DNA from: Verrucomicrobiales bacterium
GTDB taxonomy: Bacteria > Verrucomicrobiota > Verrucomicrobiia > Verrucomicrobiales > V1-33
Direction of reading: 5' to 3'
NCBI GenBank assembly: GCA_031411295.1
Contig: JANOAV010000016.1
Location: 1 to 51,623, forward strand
Length of the DNA: 51,623 nt
Below are positions 9,813 through 18,707 of this stretch, piece by piece. The position numbers were made by a program, and so were the translations under genes. The first letter of the stretch is position 1; each line of letters starts with the position of its first letter. The notes below the pieces were generated by a model that had not been told where the DNA came from, did no database searches, and was given only the letters and a program-made list of their open reading frames with translations.

Positions 9813-11081
9813 ATGAATCGTCGCCATTTTCTTCTTTCCTCCCTCGGCACCACGCTCGCATTGCCGGGGATGTCTTCACTGATGGCAAAAGGTGCTGTCG
9901 GCGGCTCCGTGCAGGCCGCAAAGGGTGCGGGCCTGGGCGCAAGACGCTTTGTGGCGATTGGCAATTTGCTCGGCTACCAAACCAAGAGCCTTTTCCCCAC
10001 GACCCAGGGTCGCAACTACGAAAAGACCACCCTGCTGGAGCCGCTGTGGGATATTCGAGATAAAATGACGGTTCTTCGTGGACTCGATCATGGCGTGAAG
10101 GGCGGACACTTCGCGGTGCATTCATTCCTCTCCGGCGTGCTGAACTCTGAGGCGCAAAATCGACCCGATGGCAATGTCAGCATTGATCAGTATCTCGCGG
10201 ATGAGATCGGCTTTGAGACTCGGTTCCCATCGCTCACCGTTGGTTCGGAGGGTGGTATCCATGGAGGCTGCCAGATCGCTTGGACGAAATCAGGCGTGCG
10301 TGTGCCACCGGTGACGAATCCGGCGGAGTTGTTTGAGAAACTTTTCGTGACTGACACCCAGGAGCGCCAAGCTCGGCGGGCGCAGGAAAATCAAGTGCAG
10401 GCGTCCATTTTGGATTCCGTATTGGATGAGGCGAATCGCCTTTCGAAGCGGGTGAACAAAGAGGACAAAGATAAGCTCGACGAATACTTAACCTCAGTGC
10501 GCGACGTGGAGAAACGCTTGGAACTGCGCCAACGCTGGACGGATCAGCCGAAGCCGAAAGCGCCTTTCAATAAACCAGCGAATCGTAATGCAGTCGAAGA
10601 TCTGCCACTGCTGTATGAGATGATCGCGCTCGCGCTGCAATCCGACAGCACACGAATCGCCACGCTGGAGATCGGCGGTGATTTCATGCCGCAGCATCTC
10701 GGTATCAAAAAAGACTGGCACGGCCTCTCCCATCACGGCAACGACCCCGAGGCCATCGCCAGCCTCATCACCTTGGAAAAATATCAGATTGAGCACTATG
10801 GCAAATTCGTGGCGCGTCTCGCGAAAATGAACGATGGCGAGCGCACGCTGCTCGACTCGACGACGGTGCTTTTTGGCAGTGGCATGGGTGATGGCAATGT
10901 GCACAACAACTCCGATCTGCCCATCCTCCTCGCAGGCGGCGGCTACAAGCATGGCGAATTCCGCGAAGTGCCGCGTCAGGGCATCAACAAAGTGCCGTTG
11001 TGCAATCTCTTCGTCGATATCGCCCAGAAGATGGGCGTGGAGACGGACTCCTTTGGCAGCAGCACGGGACGTTTCGCATGA
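9813..11081 (+). CDS. DUF1552 domain protein (Tat signal)
   Basis: MNRRHFL Tat motif; SIDQ, KLDEYLTSVRDVEKRL, DSTRIAT, HGLSHHG, HNNSDLPILLAGGG. Confidence 0.9.
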   Translation: MNRRHFLLSSLGTTLALPGMSSLMAKGAVGGSVQAAKGAGLGARRFVAIGNLLGYQTKSLFPTTQGRNYEKTTLLEPLWDIRDKMTVLRGLDHGVKGGHFAVHSFLSGVLNSEAQNRPDGNVSIDQYLADEIGFETRFPSLTVGSEGGIHGGCQIAWTKSGVRVPPVTNPAELFEKLFVTDTQERQARRAQENQVQASILDSVLDEANRLSKRVNKEDKDKLDEYLTSVRDVEKRLELRQRWTDQPKPKAPFNKPANRNAVEDLPLLYEMIALALQSDSTRIATLEIGGDFMPQHLGIKKDWHGLSHHGNDPEAIASLITLEKYQIEHYGKFVARLAKMNDGERTLLDSTTVLFGSGMGDGNVHNNSDLPILLAGGGYKHGEFREVPRQGINKVPLCNLFVDIAQKMGVETDSFGSSTGRFA

Positions 11082-13615
11082 TGTCTGCCTCCATTTTAAC
11101 CACCGAGGCCCAGAGCACACAGAGATTAAACCAGAAAATCTTCTGGGTGCTCTGGGCCTCGGTGATTCATTTTCTAGGTTACCCTGTTTTAGCCGCCGAC
11201 GAATCACCGAAGCTCGCGCAGCAGTTCCTCGGAAAATACTGCCTGGAGTGCCATGACGCAGATGTGCAGAAAGGCGACCGCGCTTTTGATGCATTCAAGC
11301 TACCGCTAAATTCCGTCGCAGATCTCATCGAGGCGCGTGACATCATCGACCAACTCACGCTGAAGGAAATGCCACCGAAGAAGGCGGACCAGCCTACGGA
11401 CGATGAGCGTCTCGCCATGATCCGAGCGTTGCGTGACGGCACGGTGGCCGCCCATGCCAAATTTCAAAGCACCGGCAGCCGCACCGTGATGCGTCGGCTC
11501 GCCAGCCGTGAGTATGAGAACACTCTTGCCACGCTGTTCGGTCGTCGCGTGGACACGCTGGGTCTCACAGCGGATTTTCCGAAGGAGAAAACCAGCGAGC
11601 ACATGGACACGATCGGCAAGACCCTCGTGACCTCCGGTTTCCTCGTCGATCAATACTTTCAATCCGCCAATCGCCTCGTGGAAAAGCGACTAGGTAAACC
11701 TGCGATGGAGCCGAAGGATTGGCGTTTCAACAGTCACTTCGTGCAATACGAGGAGCTACAAGGACCGCACAAATCCGCCTTCAACTACCGATACCTCAAC
11801 ATCTACGAGCAGCCTAACACCGATACTCGTCAGGGCAGTTACGGCCACATTGAGGATTTCCTCGAAGGCGTGCCCGTCTCTGGCCTCTACGACCTTGAAG
11901 TCGAGGTGCAGGCCATGCATCGCGACACCCACTACGATCCCAAAATCTTCGGCATCGATTTTTCTGAGCCCTTCATTCTCGGCATCGTGCCTGGGGATGT
12001 TACCAAAGGCCACATCCATTATCCCCAGGCCATCGAGCCACTGCTCGCCAGCGCAACTCTGCCGGATGACAAACCCACATGGCAGAAATTTCGCGTGTGG
12101 CTGGAAGCAGGCCAACCCCCCCGCTTCATCTTTCCCAATGGACCTTATGAATCCCGTGCCTCTGTCATCCAAGTAAACAAGCAATACAAAGACGACTTCA
12201 AAGGCCGCACCAATGGCTCCGACGTCAGCCGCACCATTCTTCTCAAGGAAGGCAAGCTCCCACACATCCGCATCAGCGAGATCAAACTTCACGGCCCAGT
12301 TCCCGAGAAACCAGGCAGTGTCGAAGAAGTAGCCGTGTTTGGCAAAGACGGCTTCCTGGAGGCCCAAGCACTCGATCAGCTCAATGCCTTTGCCGAGAAA
12401 GCGTATCGCCGACCACTCACCGATGCTGACCGCCAGCCCATCCGGGCGCTTTATGACAAACGCCTCGCCCAAAAAGCCACGCCACGACAAGCCGCGCTCG
12501 ATGCGTTGAAGCTCATCCTTTGCTCACCGAGCTTCCTTTACCTCAGCGAGATCACAGAGGAGTCAGCCAAGGCCCTCAAGCCCTACGATCTAGCCACACG
12601 ACTCTCCTTTGCCCTCTGGGCCATACCGCCAGATGAAACGCTGCTCGCCTCCGCAAAATCCGGTCAGCTCACGCAAGATGCCGAACTCAAAAAGCACATT
12701 GAGAGAATGATCACCGATGAACGCATCAGTGGCTTCGTGAAAGGATTTCTGGATAGCTGGTTAAACCTACGCGACCTCGGTGGCATGCCGCCACCACGGG
12801 ATACAAATCTGGCCTACTACGCCGAGGACCTGCCCGCTTCGATGAAAACCGAAGTGCGCCTGTTTTTCCACGACTTACTCAAGCATAACGGCTCAGTCGC
12901 CCAGTTCATCGACTGCGAGCACACCTTCGCAGACAAGAAACTCGCCAAACTCTACGATCTACCAGAGAAGAACAAACTACACCTCGCCGACGGTTTCCAA
13001 AAAGTCAGCCTCAAAGGAAATACGCATCGCGGCGGACTACTTGGCATGGCTGCCGTGCTGACTGTGAGTGCAAACGGCGTCGAAACCTCTCCCGTAACGC
13101 GCGGCGTGTGGGTCAGTGAAAACATCATCGGGATCCCACCGCCGCCGCCGCCAGATGTCGTGCCCGCCATTGATCCCGATGTCAGCGGAGCCACCACCAT
13201 TCGCGACCGCCTCGCCAAGCATCGCGCCGATGCCGCCTGTGCCGAATGCCATCGCAAGATCGACCCTCTTGGCTTCAGCCTGGAAGCCTATGATCCTGTC
13301 GGTCGCTGGCGAAAAAACTACCCAGCCACCAACAAAAAAGCCAAACCCGCCGAGATCGACACCACTGGCGAATTCCCCTCTGGCGAGGCCTACACCGACT
13401 TCACCACCTTCAAGCAGGTCATCCACGACACCCGCGCCGATCATTTCACCCGTCACCTCATCCGCCAGCTCCTCACCTACACCACCGGTCGCACCATGGA
13501 ACTCAACGACGACCTCCTCCTGGACCAGCTCCACGAAAAAGTGAAGAAACAAGGTCTTGGTCTTAAAACGCTCATGGTCGAGTGCTTAATGAGCGAGGTG
13601 TTTCGGTCGAGGTAG
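11078..13615 (+). CDS. DUF1592/DUF1588/DUF1587/DUF1585 c-type cytochrome domain protein
   Basis: CLECH and CAECH heme motifs, RRLASREYENT, SPSFLY, LATRLSFALW, TSPVTRGVWV, IDPLGFSLE. ATGA overlap with the upstream gene. Confidence 0.9.
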   Translation: MMSASILTTEAQSTQRLNQKIFWVLWASVIHFLGYPVLAADESPKLAQQFLGKYCLECHDADVQKGDRAFDAFKLPLNSVADLIEARDIIDQLTLKEMPPKKADQPTDDERLAMIRALRDGTVAAHAKFQSTGSRTVMRRLASREYENTLATLFGRRVDTLGLTADFPKEKTSEHMDTIGKTLVTSGFLVDQYFQSANRLVEKRLGKPAMEPKDWRFNSHFVQYEELQGPHKSAFNYRYLNIYEQPNTDTRQGSYGHIEDFLEGVPVSGLYDLEVEVQAMHRDTHYDPKIFGIDFSEPFILGIVPGDVTKGHIHYPQAIEPLLASATLPDDKPTWQKFRVWLEAGQPPRFIFPNGPYESRASVIQVNKQYKDDFKGRTNGSDVSRTILLKEGKLPHIRISEIKLHGPVPEKPGSVEEVAVFGKDGFLEAQALDQLNAFAEKAYRRPLTDADRQPIRALYDKRLAQKATPRQAALDALKLILCSPSFLYLSEITEESAKALKPYDLATRLSFALWAIPPDETLLASAKSGQLTQDAELKKHIERMITDERISGFVKGFLDSWLNLRDLGGMPPPRDTNLAYYAEDLPASMKTEVRLFFHDLLKHNGSVAQFIDCEHTFADKKLAKLYDLPEKNKLHLADGFQKVSLKGNTHRGGLLGMAAVLTVSANGVETSPVTRGVWVSENIIGIPPPPPPDVVPAIDPDVSGATTIRDRLAKHRADAACAECHRKIDPLGFSLEAYDPVGRWRKNYPATNKKAKPAEIDTTGEFPSGEAYTDFTTFKQVIHDTRADHFTRHLIRQLLTYTTGRTMELNDDLLLDQLHEKVKKQGLGLKTLMVECLMSEVFRSR
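11101..11164. repeat. Palindromic repeat inside the 5' end of the DUF1592 gene
   Basis: Perfect 18-bp inverted repeat CACCGAGGCCCAGAGCAC (11101-11118) / GTGCTCTGGGCCTCGGTG (11147-11164). Confidence 0.85.
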
Positions 13616-13778
13616 AAAGCAGTTTAGGCATAAGTCCACTCCGCCATCTTCTTTCTAAAAGACAGAGAAGATGAGACTTGTCTAGAAAATCGCTAAAACA
13701 AATTCCTGACCAGCGATCCCGCGCGCAAGCCCAGTGATGAACTTTACCTCCGACAGGCTGTGAGAAGGAGTAATAATT

Positions 13779-14747
13779 TCACGTGGGCAGAGAGAAGGTA
13801 ACCTGCTGACGATAGCGGCTTTGCGGGGACGAGATGGATACGTTCGACAGTGCTCTCATGGTGTGGTGCAGGTTGTCGATCTTGCTGGCGACGTTAAGCA
13901 GGTATCGATTAATTTGCAGGGTTTGGGCCGCACACGCTGGACAGCAGTAGGCGCTGAATTCAAGCCATCCCAATGCTTTTGCGGACTCCGACGAGGAAAA
14001 ATGCTGAATCAACTTTCGCAGATCATTGGGCGGATTTCGTTCGAGCAACTGTTCATAGCGCCTCGCAAGATCATCAAGCTCATCCTTGCACGATTGGATT
14101 TCGAAAAGCTGGTCCGCTTTGGGTAATTTTTTTACAACAGCGACCTGACTTGCGGTGGAGTGGAAATGCTTTCCAACCAAGTCCAAGTAACGGACGCATT
14201 CCTGGCAGTGTGGTGCGCCTTGTAAATCAATGCAAAACACGACGAAGCCGCCAGCAAAGCACAGCAATTCCGCGCCGAGGCAAAGATAGCCCCATTTACC
14301 CAACGCCTCATGTCCGGCCGCATTGTAGTCTCGCTTGATGGTCAGTGATCTTGCTAATTCCTGCACGTAATCTGTGAAAGCCAAGTTCCCACGAATCCCC
14401 GCGTCATGGTGGTTGTTGAGTTGATGGTAGCCCCAAAGATGAAACAGAAAAAAACCGGCCACCCCAATAGCAAAAATGCCCAAAAGAAACCGCCCAGTAA
14501 CCGGCCTACCCAAAGCTTTAAGACTCACACTGAAACCCAATCCGGCAATCAGGCCCGCACAGCCTGCTCCGTATGGAATCACCTTTTTGGCATAGAATCC
14601 AAACACTCGAGTATCTCCCACCGTGTCCCAATAGGCCACAACGCCCAAAACCAAAAGCATGGTGAGGGTCCCTATGAGATAGATGAGGGAGGATGATTTC
14701 CTGAGCTGTCGTATTATGAAAATTATAAGCAAGAGACCGCTAAGCAA
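13779..14747 (-). CDS. Hypothetical membrane protein with C-terminal Cys pairs
   Basis: Several TM helices, then CQEC and CPAC (possible zinc ribbon). AT-richer than the flanks. Start uncertain; an out-of-frame ATG lies at 14760. Confidence 0.65.
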   Translation of the reverse strand: MLSGLLLIIFIIRQLRKSSSLIYLIGTLTMLLVLGVVAYWDTVGDTRVFGFYAKKVIPYGAGCAGLIAGLGFSVSLKALGRPVTGRFLLGIFAIGVAGFFLFHLWGYHQLNNHHDAGIRGNLAFTDYVQELARSLTIKRDYNAAGHEALGKWGYLCLGAELLCFAGGFVVFCIDLQGAPHCQECVRYLDLVGKHFHSTASQVAVVKKLPKADQLFEIQSCKDELDDLARRYEQLLERNPPNDLRKLIQHFSSSESAKALGWLEFSAYCCPACAAQTLQINRYLLNVASKIDNLHHTMRALSNVSISSPQSRYRQQVTFSLPT

Positions 14748-14829
14748 GTCGAAATAACATGAAAACCGCGCTTTCTTTGGCTATCCAAAAAACAAGGTAG
14801 TCCGCTTTTGCTACTCTGGCAGAAAGTGT

Positions 14830-15086
14830 GGGTCGAGAGCCGGGACGAACTCTACGAGGAACTCAAGGACAACGGCATCCATTCCCGGCGGTATTTTTAT
14901 CCCCTCATCCCGGATTTTCCGATGTATCGCGACGTGCCCTCGGCGGACCCCGCCAACCTTCCTGTTGCCAGAGACGTCGTTCGCAGAATTCCTTGCCTTC
15001 CAATTTATCCGGACCTTGAACTTGCACAGGTGGAAAAGATCTGCGGACAGGTGGCGCGCCTAGTGCGCCCTCTCGTGCAGGCATGA
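14830..15086 (+). pseudogene. C-terminal remnant of a DegT/DnrJ/EryC1/StrS (VioA-like) aminotransferase
   Basis: SRDELYEELKDNGIHSRRYFYPLIPDFPMY..CLPIYPDL; the PLP-binding N-terminal part is absent. Confidence 0.85.
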
Positions 15087-15213
15087 CCCGCGATGAAACC
15101 ATCAATCTGGCAGCTCTATTTCCTTACCGAGATCGCTTGGGGAAGACACCGCAAAACAATGTGTCATTCAGCCTGCGGTGCCTGTGCAGGCTGAAGCACG
15201 GGCTGCGATGGCT

Positions 15214-16206
15214 CTATTTCAATCCCCCCTCCCACCAATCGGCGCGCTCTTCTTTCAAGGCCGCTGCCGCTTTTTCATCCAGCTCTTCCGTGGCATAGGA
15301 ACCCGCCACTGCCTGCGGCTTCGATTTCATTTTGAGGAAATGCTCTTTCATCTCCTGCTCCCTTGAATGCTTTTTGGCCGGCGTGGCGCCAAATTCGTAG
15401 AGGATTTCCGTCAATTTCCACGGGTCATTGGTCCAGCTGATTTCATGCACTGCCAGCAGGACCTTGTTCTTGGTGCTGATCAGTTTGTGGGTGATGGTGT
15501 AGCCATTCTCCCCGAACTCTCTAATCTCTGTAGTCATTGCCTGGCTGGCCGAAGTATGCGTTTGCACCGTGCCCTCCGTTTCTTCTTCCTCCAGTTTTGT
15601 TTTCGGCCCGGCTTTCCATTGGGGGGCCGCCACCTTCCAAAATTCGGGGATGGCTTTGCTAGGCTGGGTTCCCGATTCAGGACTGGCGGTCTTTGCCTTG
15701 CCGGCAGGCTCAAGAATTTCAAGTTTGGAGACCTCCAACTTGACGGGCAGCATACGGTTGTCCTGGTCGATGATCAGAGTGCCCACAATTCGAGCAGGTT
15801 TGCCTATGCTTTTTTCGTGCATCGCCAATAACAACGGATCTTTGAACGTGAGTTCTATCCGATCAACCGGTTCGGCTGGTGGCTCTCCAATCAGGAAACC
15901 TTTGTCAATGGCCGAGAACTTAAATGCCAGCTTTTGGTCACTGACGATGATCGGAAGAAATGCTGTTTCGCCTTTGAACTTCGGGTCATCATCGGAGGTG
16001 GAGAACTTCTGATCGAAAAGTTTCCCTTCAATTTTAACTGCTTTTCCCAACTCGATCGTTAGCGGAGCGCCGAAGGCGGGGATTCCTAATGAGAGCGTGA
16101 TCGCACAAGCGACCACGGCTCCCCAACTCCTCCGCAGGACTGCAGTTGGGCTGAATCGGGTGAGGCCTCTACCGGCTGGAGGTGTCTTAATGTTATGGTT
16201 GTTCAT
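15214..16206 (-). CDS. Hypothetical secreted protein, apparently two domains
   Basis: Start at MNNHN, downstream of the promoter motif; signal-like GAVVACAITLSLGIPAFG; linker PAGKAKTASPESGTQPSK. Confidence 0.75.
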   Translation of the reverse strand: MNNHNIKTPPAGRGLTRFSPTAVLRRSWGAVVACAITLSLGIPAFGAPLTIELGKAVKIEGKLFDQKFSTSDDDPKFKGETAFLPIIVSDQKLAFKFSAIDKGFLIGEPPAEPVDRIELTFKDPLLLAMHEKSIGKPARIVGTLIIDQDNRMLPVKLEVSKLEILEPAGKAKTASPESGTQPSKAIPEFWKVAAPQWKAGPKTKLEEEETEGTVQTHTSASQAMTTEIREFGENGYTITHKLISTKNKVLLAVHEISWTNDPWKLTEILYEFGATPAKKHSREQEMKEHFLKMKSKPQAVAGSYATEELDEKAAAALKEERADWWEGGLK

Positions 16207-16286
16207 GATGTCTGTTGGATTTCTATGTTTCGGGAAGCGATGGTGTGCCGAATGCTTCGGCGCGATACTGCTGTCCCACATTCTTC

Positions 16287-16331
16287 CACGAAATCCTGCG
16301 GCGGAGGTCAGGCGCGCAGTGAACTTTTTTC
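16287..16331 (-). promoter_or_regulatory. Putative ECF promoter CTGAC-N12-ATTTCGTG with upstream GAAAAAAGTTCACT
   Basis: Same boxes and spacing as at 17151, 18147 and 22633, although the surrounding sequence is unrelated. Confidence 0.7.
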
Positions 16332-16350
16332 TGAATCTTGCGGGCGGAGC

Positions 16351-16430
16351 CTACTTCGGCTCGACCACCCAAGTGGCGTCTCCGGGGAAGGCGGGGGCGT
16401 CTTCGGTGGCGGAACTCAGCCGCAGCAAGT
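16351..16430 (-). pseudogene. 3' end remnant of a gene, possibly an AbfB/CBM42-like beta-trefoil end
   Basis: Manual translation HLLRLSSATEDAPAFPGDATWVVEPK*; GC-rich coding-like stretch cut off by the repeat unit. Confidence 0.35.
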
Positions 16431-16540
16431 GCCCGACATCGATGCCGTTTTCTGTCCTTTGCAACAAGGGTTCCTGAGTCCCTTTTTGTCCTCCCCGCAC
16501 AGACATCCACGCGGCTGGTGTGGCCCTGCCATAAAATGCA

Positions 16541-16572
16541 ATAAGCGTCGCAGCTTTGGCTGCGACGCTTAT
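16541..16572 (-). terminator. 14-bp perfect hairpin downstream of the module A gene (terminator or REP-like)
   Basis: ATAAGCGTCGCAGC-TTTG-GCTGCGACGCTTAT. Confidence 0.55.
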
Positions 16573-16700
16573 GCCGGAAGGGCGAACGAATCTTGGAGAG
16601 GGTCACTTCCTTTGTAACCTGCGTTCCTGATACCCTTTCCCTTTAGCCTTCCCCTCTCATTTGAACTTCAAACTACGGAATGGACAACTTCCAGGAACTA

Positions 16701-17069
16701 CTACTGGGCCTTCTTGACCATGGTCCATACTGTCTTCCTGCCCCCTTGTTCATGCAACTCCACCTTACCGTCCTTACCGTCTACGACCTTATAGGTTTGA
16801 CCTTTGAAAGGCCCTTCCATGAATGTGAAATCAGCATCCCCCGTCGAACAACCCCAATCACCCGGGGTATTGCTCTTGGACAGCACAAACCTAAGAGGAC
16901 CGCTTTCTTTTTTTGCATCATCCGACTTCCTAATCTTCGCCGCCCCCCCAGTCGGCTCCGTGTAATCTCCCGCAATCTTGGCGAATAATTGTGCATCGTT
17001 GGCTCCGGCTTTTACGTTGGTGAGGCAGCTGACGAAGAGCGCCAGAACTATTGTTACGAGTTTGTTCAT
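16701..17069 (-). CDS. Small secreted hypothetical protein (paralog A, 122 aa)
   Basis: Signal peptide MNKLVTIVLALFVSCLTNVKA; shares EPTGG, DDAKKESGPLRF, EGPFKGQ and EQGGRKTVWT with paralog B. Confidence 0.85.
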   Translation of the reverse strand: MNKLVTIVLALFVSCLTNVKAGANDAQLFAKIAGDYTEPTGGAAKIRKSDDAKKESGPLRFVLSKSNTPGDWGCSTGDADFTFMEGPFKGQTYKVVDGKDGKVELHEQGGRKTVWTMVKKAQ

Positions 17070-17150
17070 TTTATTTATGGTTTTAGTTTGTGTTTTATTT
17101 GGGTTAAGCCCTTTGATCAGCAGACATTGCTGAAGGAACTCAATTCATTC

Positions 17151-17195
17151 CACGGAATCGCGCCGCGAAGGTCAGGCAAAAAGTGAACTTTTTTC
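17151..17195 (-). promoter_or_regulatory. Putative ECF promoter CTGAC-N12-ATTCCGTG
   Basis: About 80 bp upstream of the paralog A start. Confidence 0.7.
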
Positions 17196-17209
17196 AAAAA
17201 AGGCCAAAA

Positions 17210-17364
17210 TTAGGGTGCACGCAGGACTTTCAGCGGGCTGATCAAGTCTGGCGGGGTCGTGATGAACGGGCCGCGGGAGCCGGGCCAGATTTCCAGCGGG
17301 CAGAAGGGCGGGGCGTGCAGGAGCGAGCGGTCGCTGCCGTCCGCATCGCGGCCAAGATGGAGCC
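17210..17364 (-). pseudogene. Orphan copy of the kinase-WD40 3' end
   Basis: WLHLGRDADGSDRSLLHAPPFCPLEIWPGSRGPFITTPPDLISPLKVLRAP*; matches the kinase near 19191-19307. Confidence 0.9.
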
Positions 17365-17544
17365 AAAATAAAAATGCTTGGCATCTTTTTGCCACATTTT
17401 CATGGGTCATCAGCAAGTGCCCGGCATCGATGCCGTTTTCTGTCCTTTGCAACAAGGGTTCCTGAAACCCTTTTTGTCTGACGCCCTTTTTGCCCTCCCC
17501 ACACAGACATCCGCGCGGATGGTGTGGACCTGCCATAAAATGTA

Positions 17545-17576
17545 ATAAGCGCCGCAGCTTCGGCTGCGGCGCTTAT
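17545..17576 (-). terminator. 14-bp perfect hairpin downstream of the module B gene (terminator or REP-like)
   Basis: ATAAGCGCCGCAGC-TTCG-GCTGCGGCGCTTAT; compensatory pair change relative to 16541-16572. Confidence 0.55.
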
Positions 17577-17711
17577 GCCGGATGGGCGAACGGATTTTGG
17601 AGCGGGTCACTTCCTTTGTAACAAGCGTTCCTGACACCCTTTTTCTTTAGCCTTCCCCGATCATTTGAACTTCAATCTACGGAAGGGACAACTTCCAGGA
17701 ATTACGGGGCA

Positions 17712-18065
17712 TTACTGTTGCGTCCATACTGTCTTCCTGCCCCCTTGTTCAGTCAACACCCACTTACCCTTCGCATTCTTTTCTGCCTTATACTCCTGAC
17801 CTTTGAAAGGCCCTTCACTGAAGACGAAGCTCCCGTTCCCATCGCTATCTTTCCCAAGCATACAAGCCCACTCGCCCGGAGTAGTCCCATTTGTCAGCTT
17901 AAACCTAAGAGGACCGGATTCTTTTTTTGCATCATCCGCCTTCCTGATGATCGCAATCCCCCCAGTCGGTTCATTATATGTTCCGGCGCCCTCCATATCT
18001 GCCCCTTTTACGTTGGTGAGGAAGCTGACGACGAGCGCGAGAACTATTGTTACGAGTTTTTTCAT
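17712..18065 (-). CDS. Small secreted hypothetical protein (paralog B, 117 aa)
   Basis: Signal peptide MKKLVTIVLALVVSFLTNVKG; homologous to 16701-17069. Confidence 0.85.
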   Translation of the reverse strand: MKKLVTIVLALVVSFLTNVKGADMEGAGTYNEPTGGIAIIRKADDAKKESGPLRFKLTNGTTPGEWACMLGKDSDGNGSFVFSEGPFKGQEYKAEKNAKGKWVLTEQGGRKTVWTQQ

Positions 18066-18146
18066 TTTGTTTATGGTTTTAGTTTGTGTTGTATTTGGTT
18101 TAAGCCCTTTGATCAGCAGACATTGCCGAAGGAACTCAATTCATTC

Positions 18147-18191
18147 CACGGAATCGCGCCGCGAAGGTCAGGCAAAAAGTGAACTTTTTTC
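18147..18191 (-). promoter_or_regulatory. Putative ECF promoter CTGAC-N12-ATTCCGTG
   Basis: About 80 bp upstream of the paralog B start. Confidence 0.7.
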
Positions 18192-18205
18192 AAAAAAGGC
18201 CCAAA

Positions 18206-18417
18206 TCAGGGGGCGCCCAGGACTTTCAGCGGGCTGACTCTGTCCGGCGGCTTGGCGATGACAGGGCTGCGGGAGCCGGGCCAAATTTCCAACGGACAGA
18301 AAGGCTGGGCGTGCAGGAGCGAGCGGTCGCTGCCGTCCGCATCTCGGCCAAAGTGGAGCCAGGCGGCCGGGAAATAGGTGGCGAAGCTGAGCATCTCGAC
18401 GCGGGCGGTGACGGCTC
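18206..18417 (-). pseudogene. Orphan copy of the kinase-WD40 3' end, with a 90-bp internal deletion
   Basis: RVEMLSFATYFPAAWLHFGRDADGSDRSLLHAQPFCPLEIWPGSRSPVIAKPPDRVSPLKVLGAP*; joins the GGGCGG microhomologies seen at 19349-19354 and 19439-19444. Confidence 0.9.
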
Positions 18418-18443
18418 CCTTCCGGGGTTCTGACGTCGGATTG

Positions 18444-18620
18444 TTATTTCCGACCGAAGACCTGCACCGCCCTGAGGCTAAGCGGTCCCTTGCTGGCTTG
18501 AAGGAAAAGACGCACGTAGCGGCCTTTCTTGTTCCCGGTGATGTCCATGTGGAGGTCCGCCTTTTCCTTCGTGAGCAAAGAGGGGATCAGCCGTGTGGCC
18601 AATCCCCCGTTGCCGTTCAT
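18444..18620 (-). pseudogene. C-terminal remnant of a discoidin/F5-8 type C-like domain
   Basis: Manual translation ends KGRYVRLFLQASKGPLSLRAVQVFGRK*, matching the GRYVR..LSL.EV.VFG ending of this fold. No signal peptide; in-frame stop just upstream. Confidence 0.6.
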
Positions 18621-18707
18621 TCGTGTCTTTTTATCTATCTACCCCGATTACCGTGGTTTCCGGCTTCGTGGGTTTTGCTGGAGCAGAAGCAGAGGCGGAG
18701 TCGCAGG

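Larger units (their letters stand above)
16423..17364 (-). repeat. Tandem module A: kinase 3' orphan, promoter, secreted gene, conserved 3' region
   Basis: Colinear with 17411-18360 (period about 1 kb). Confidence 0.9.
17411..18360 (-). repeat. Tandem module B
   Basis: Colinear with 16423-17364. Confidence 0.9.

Noticed and set aside
16423..17705. CRISPR array
   Set aside because: Only two long repeats about 1 kb apart, no regular repeat-spacer period and no cas genes.
16423..18360. Integron cassette array with the hairpins as attC sites
   Set aside because: No integrase is present, each gene has its own promoter, and the stems are perfect, without recognisable R/L boxes or extrahelical bases.
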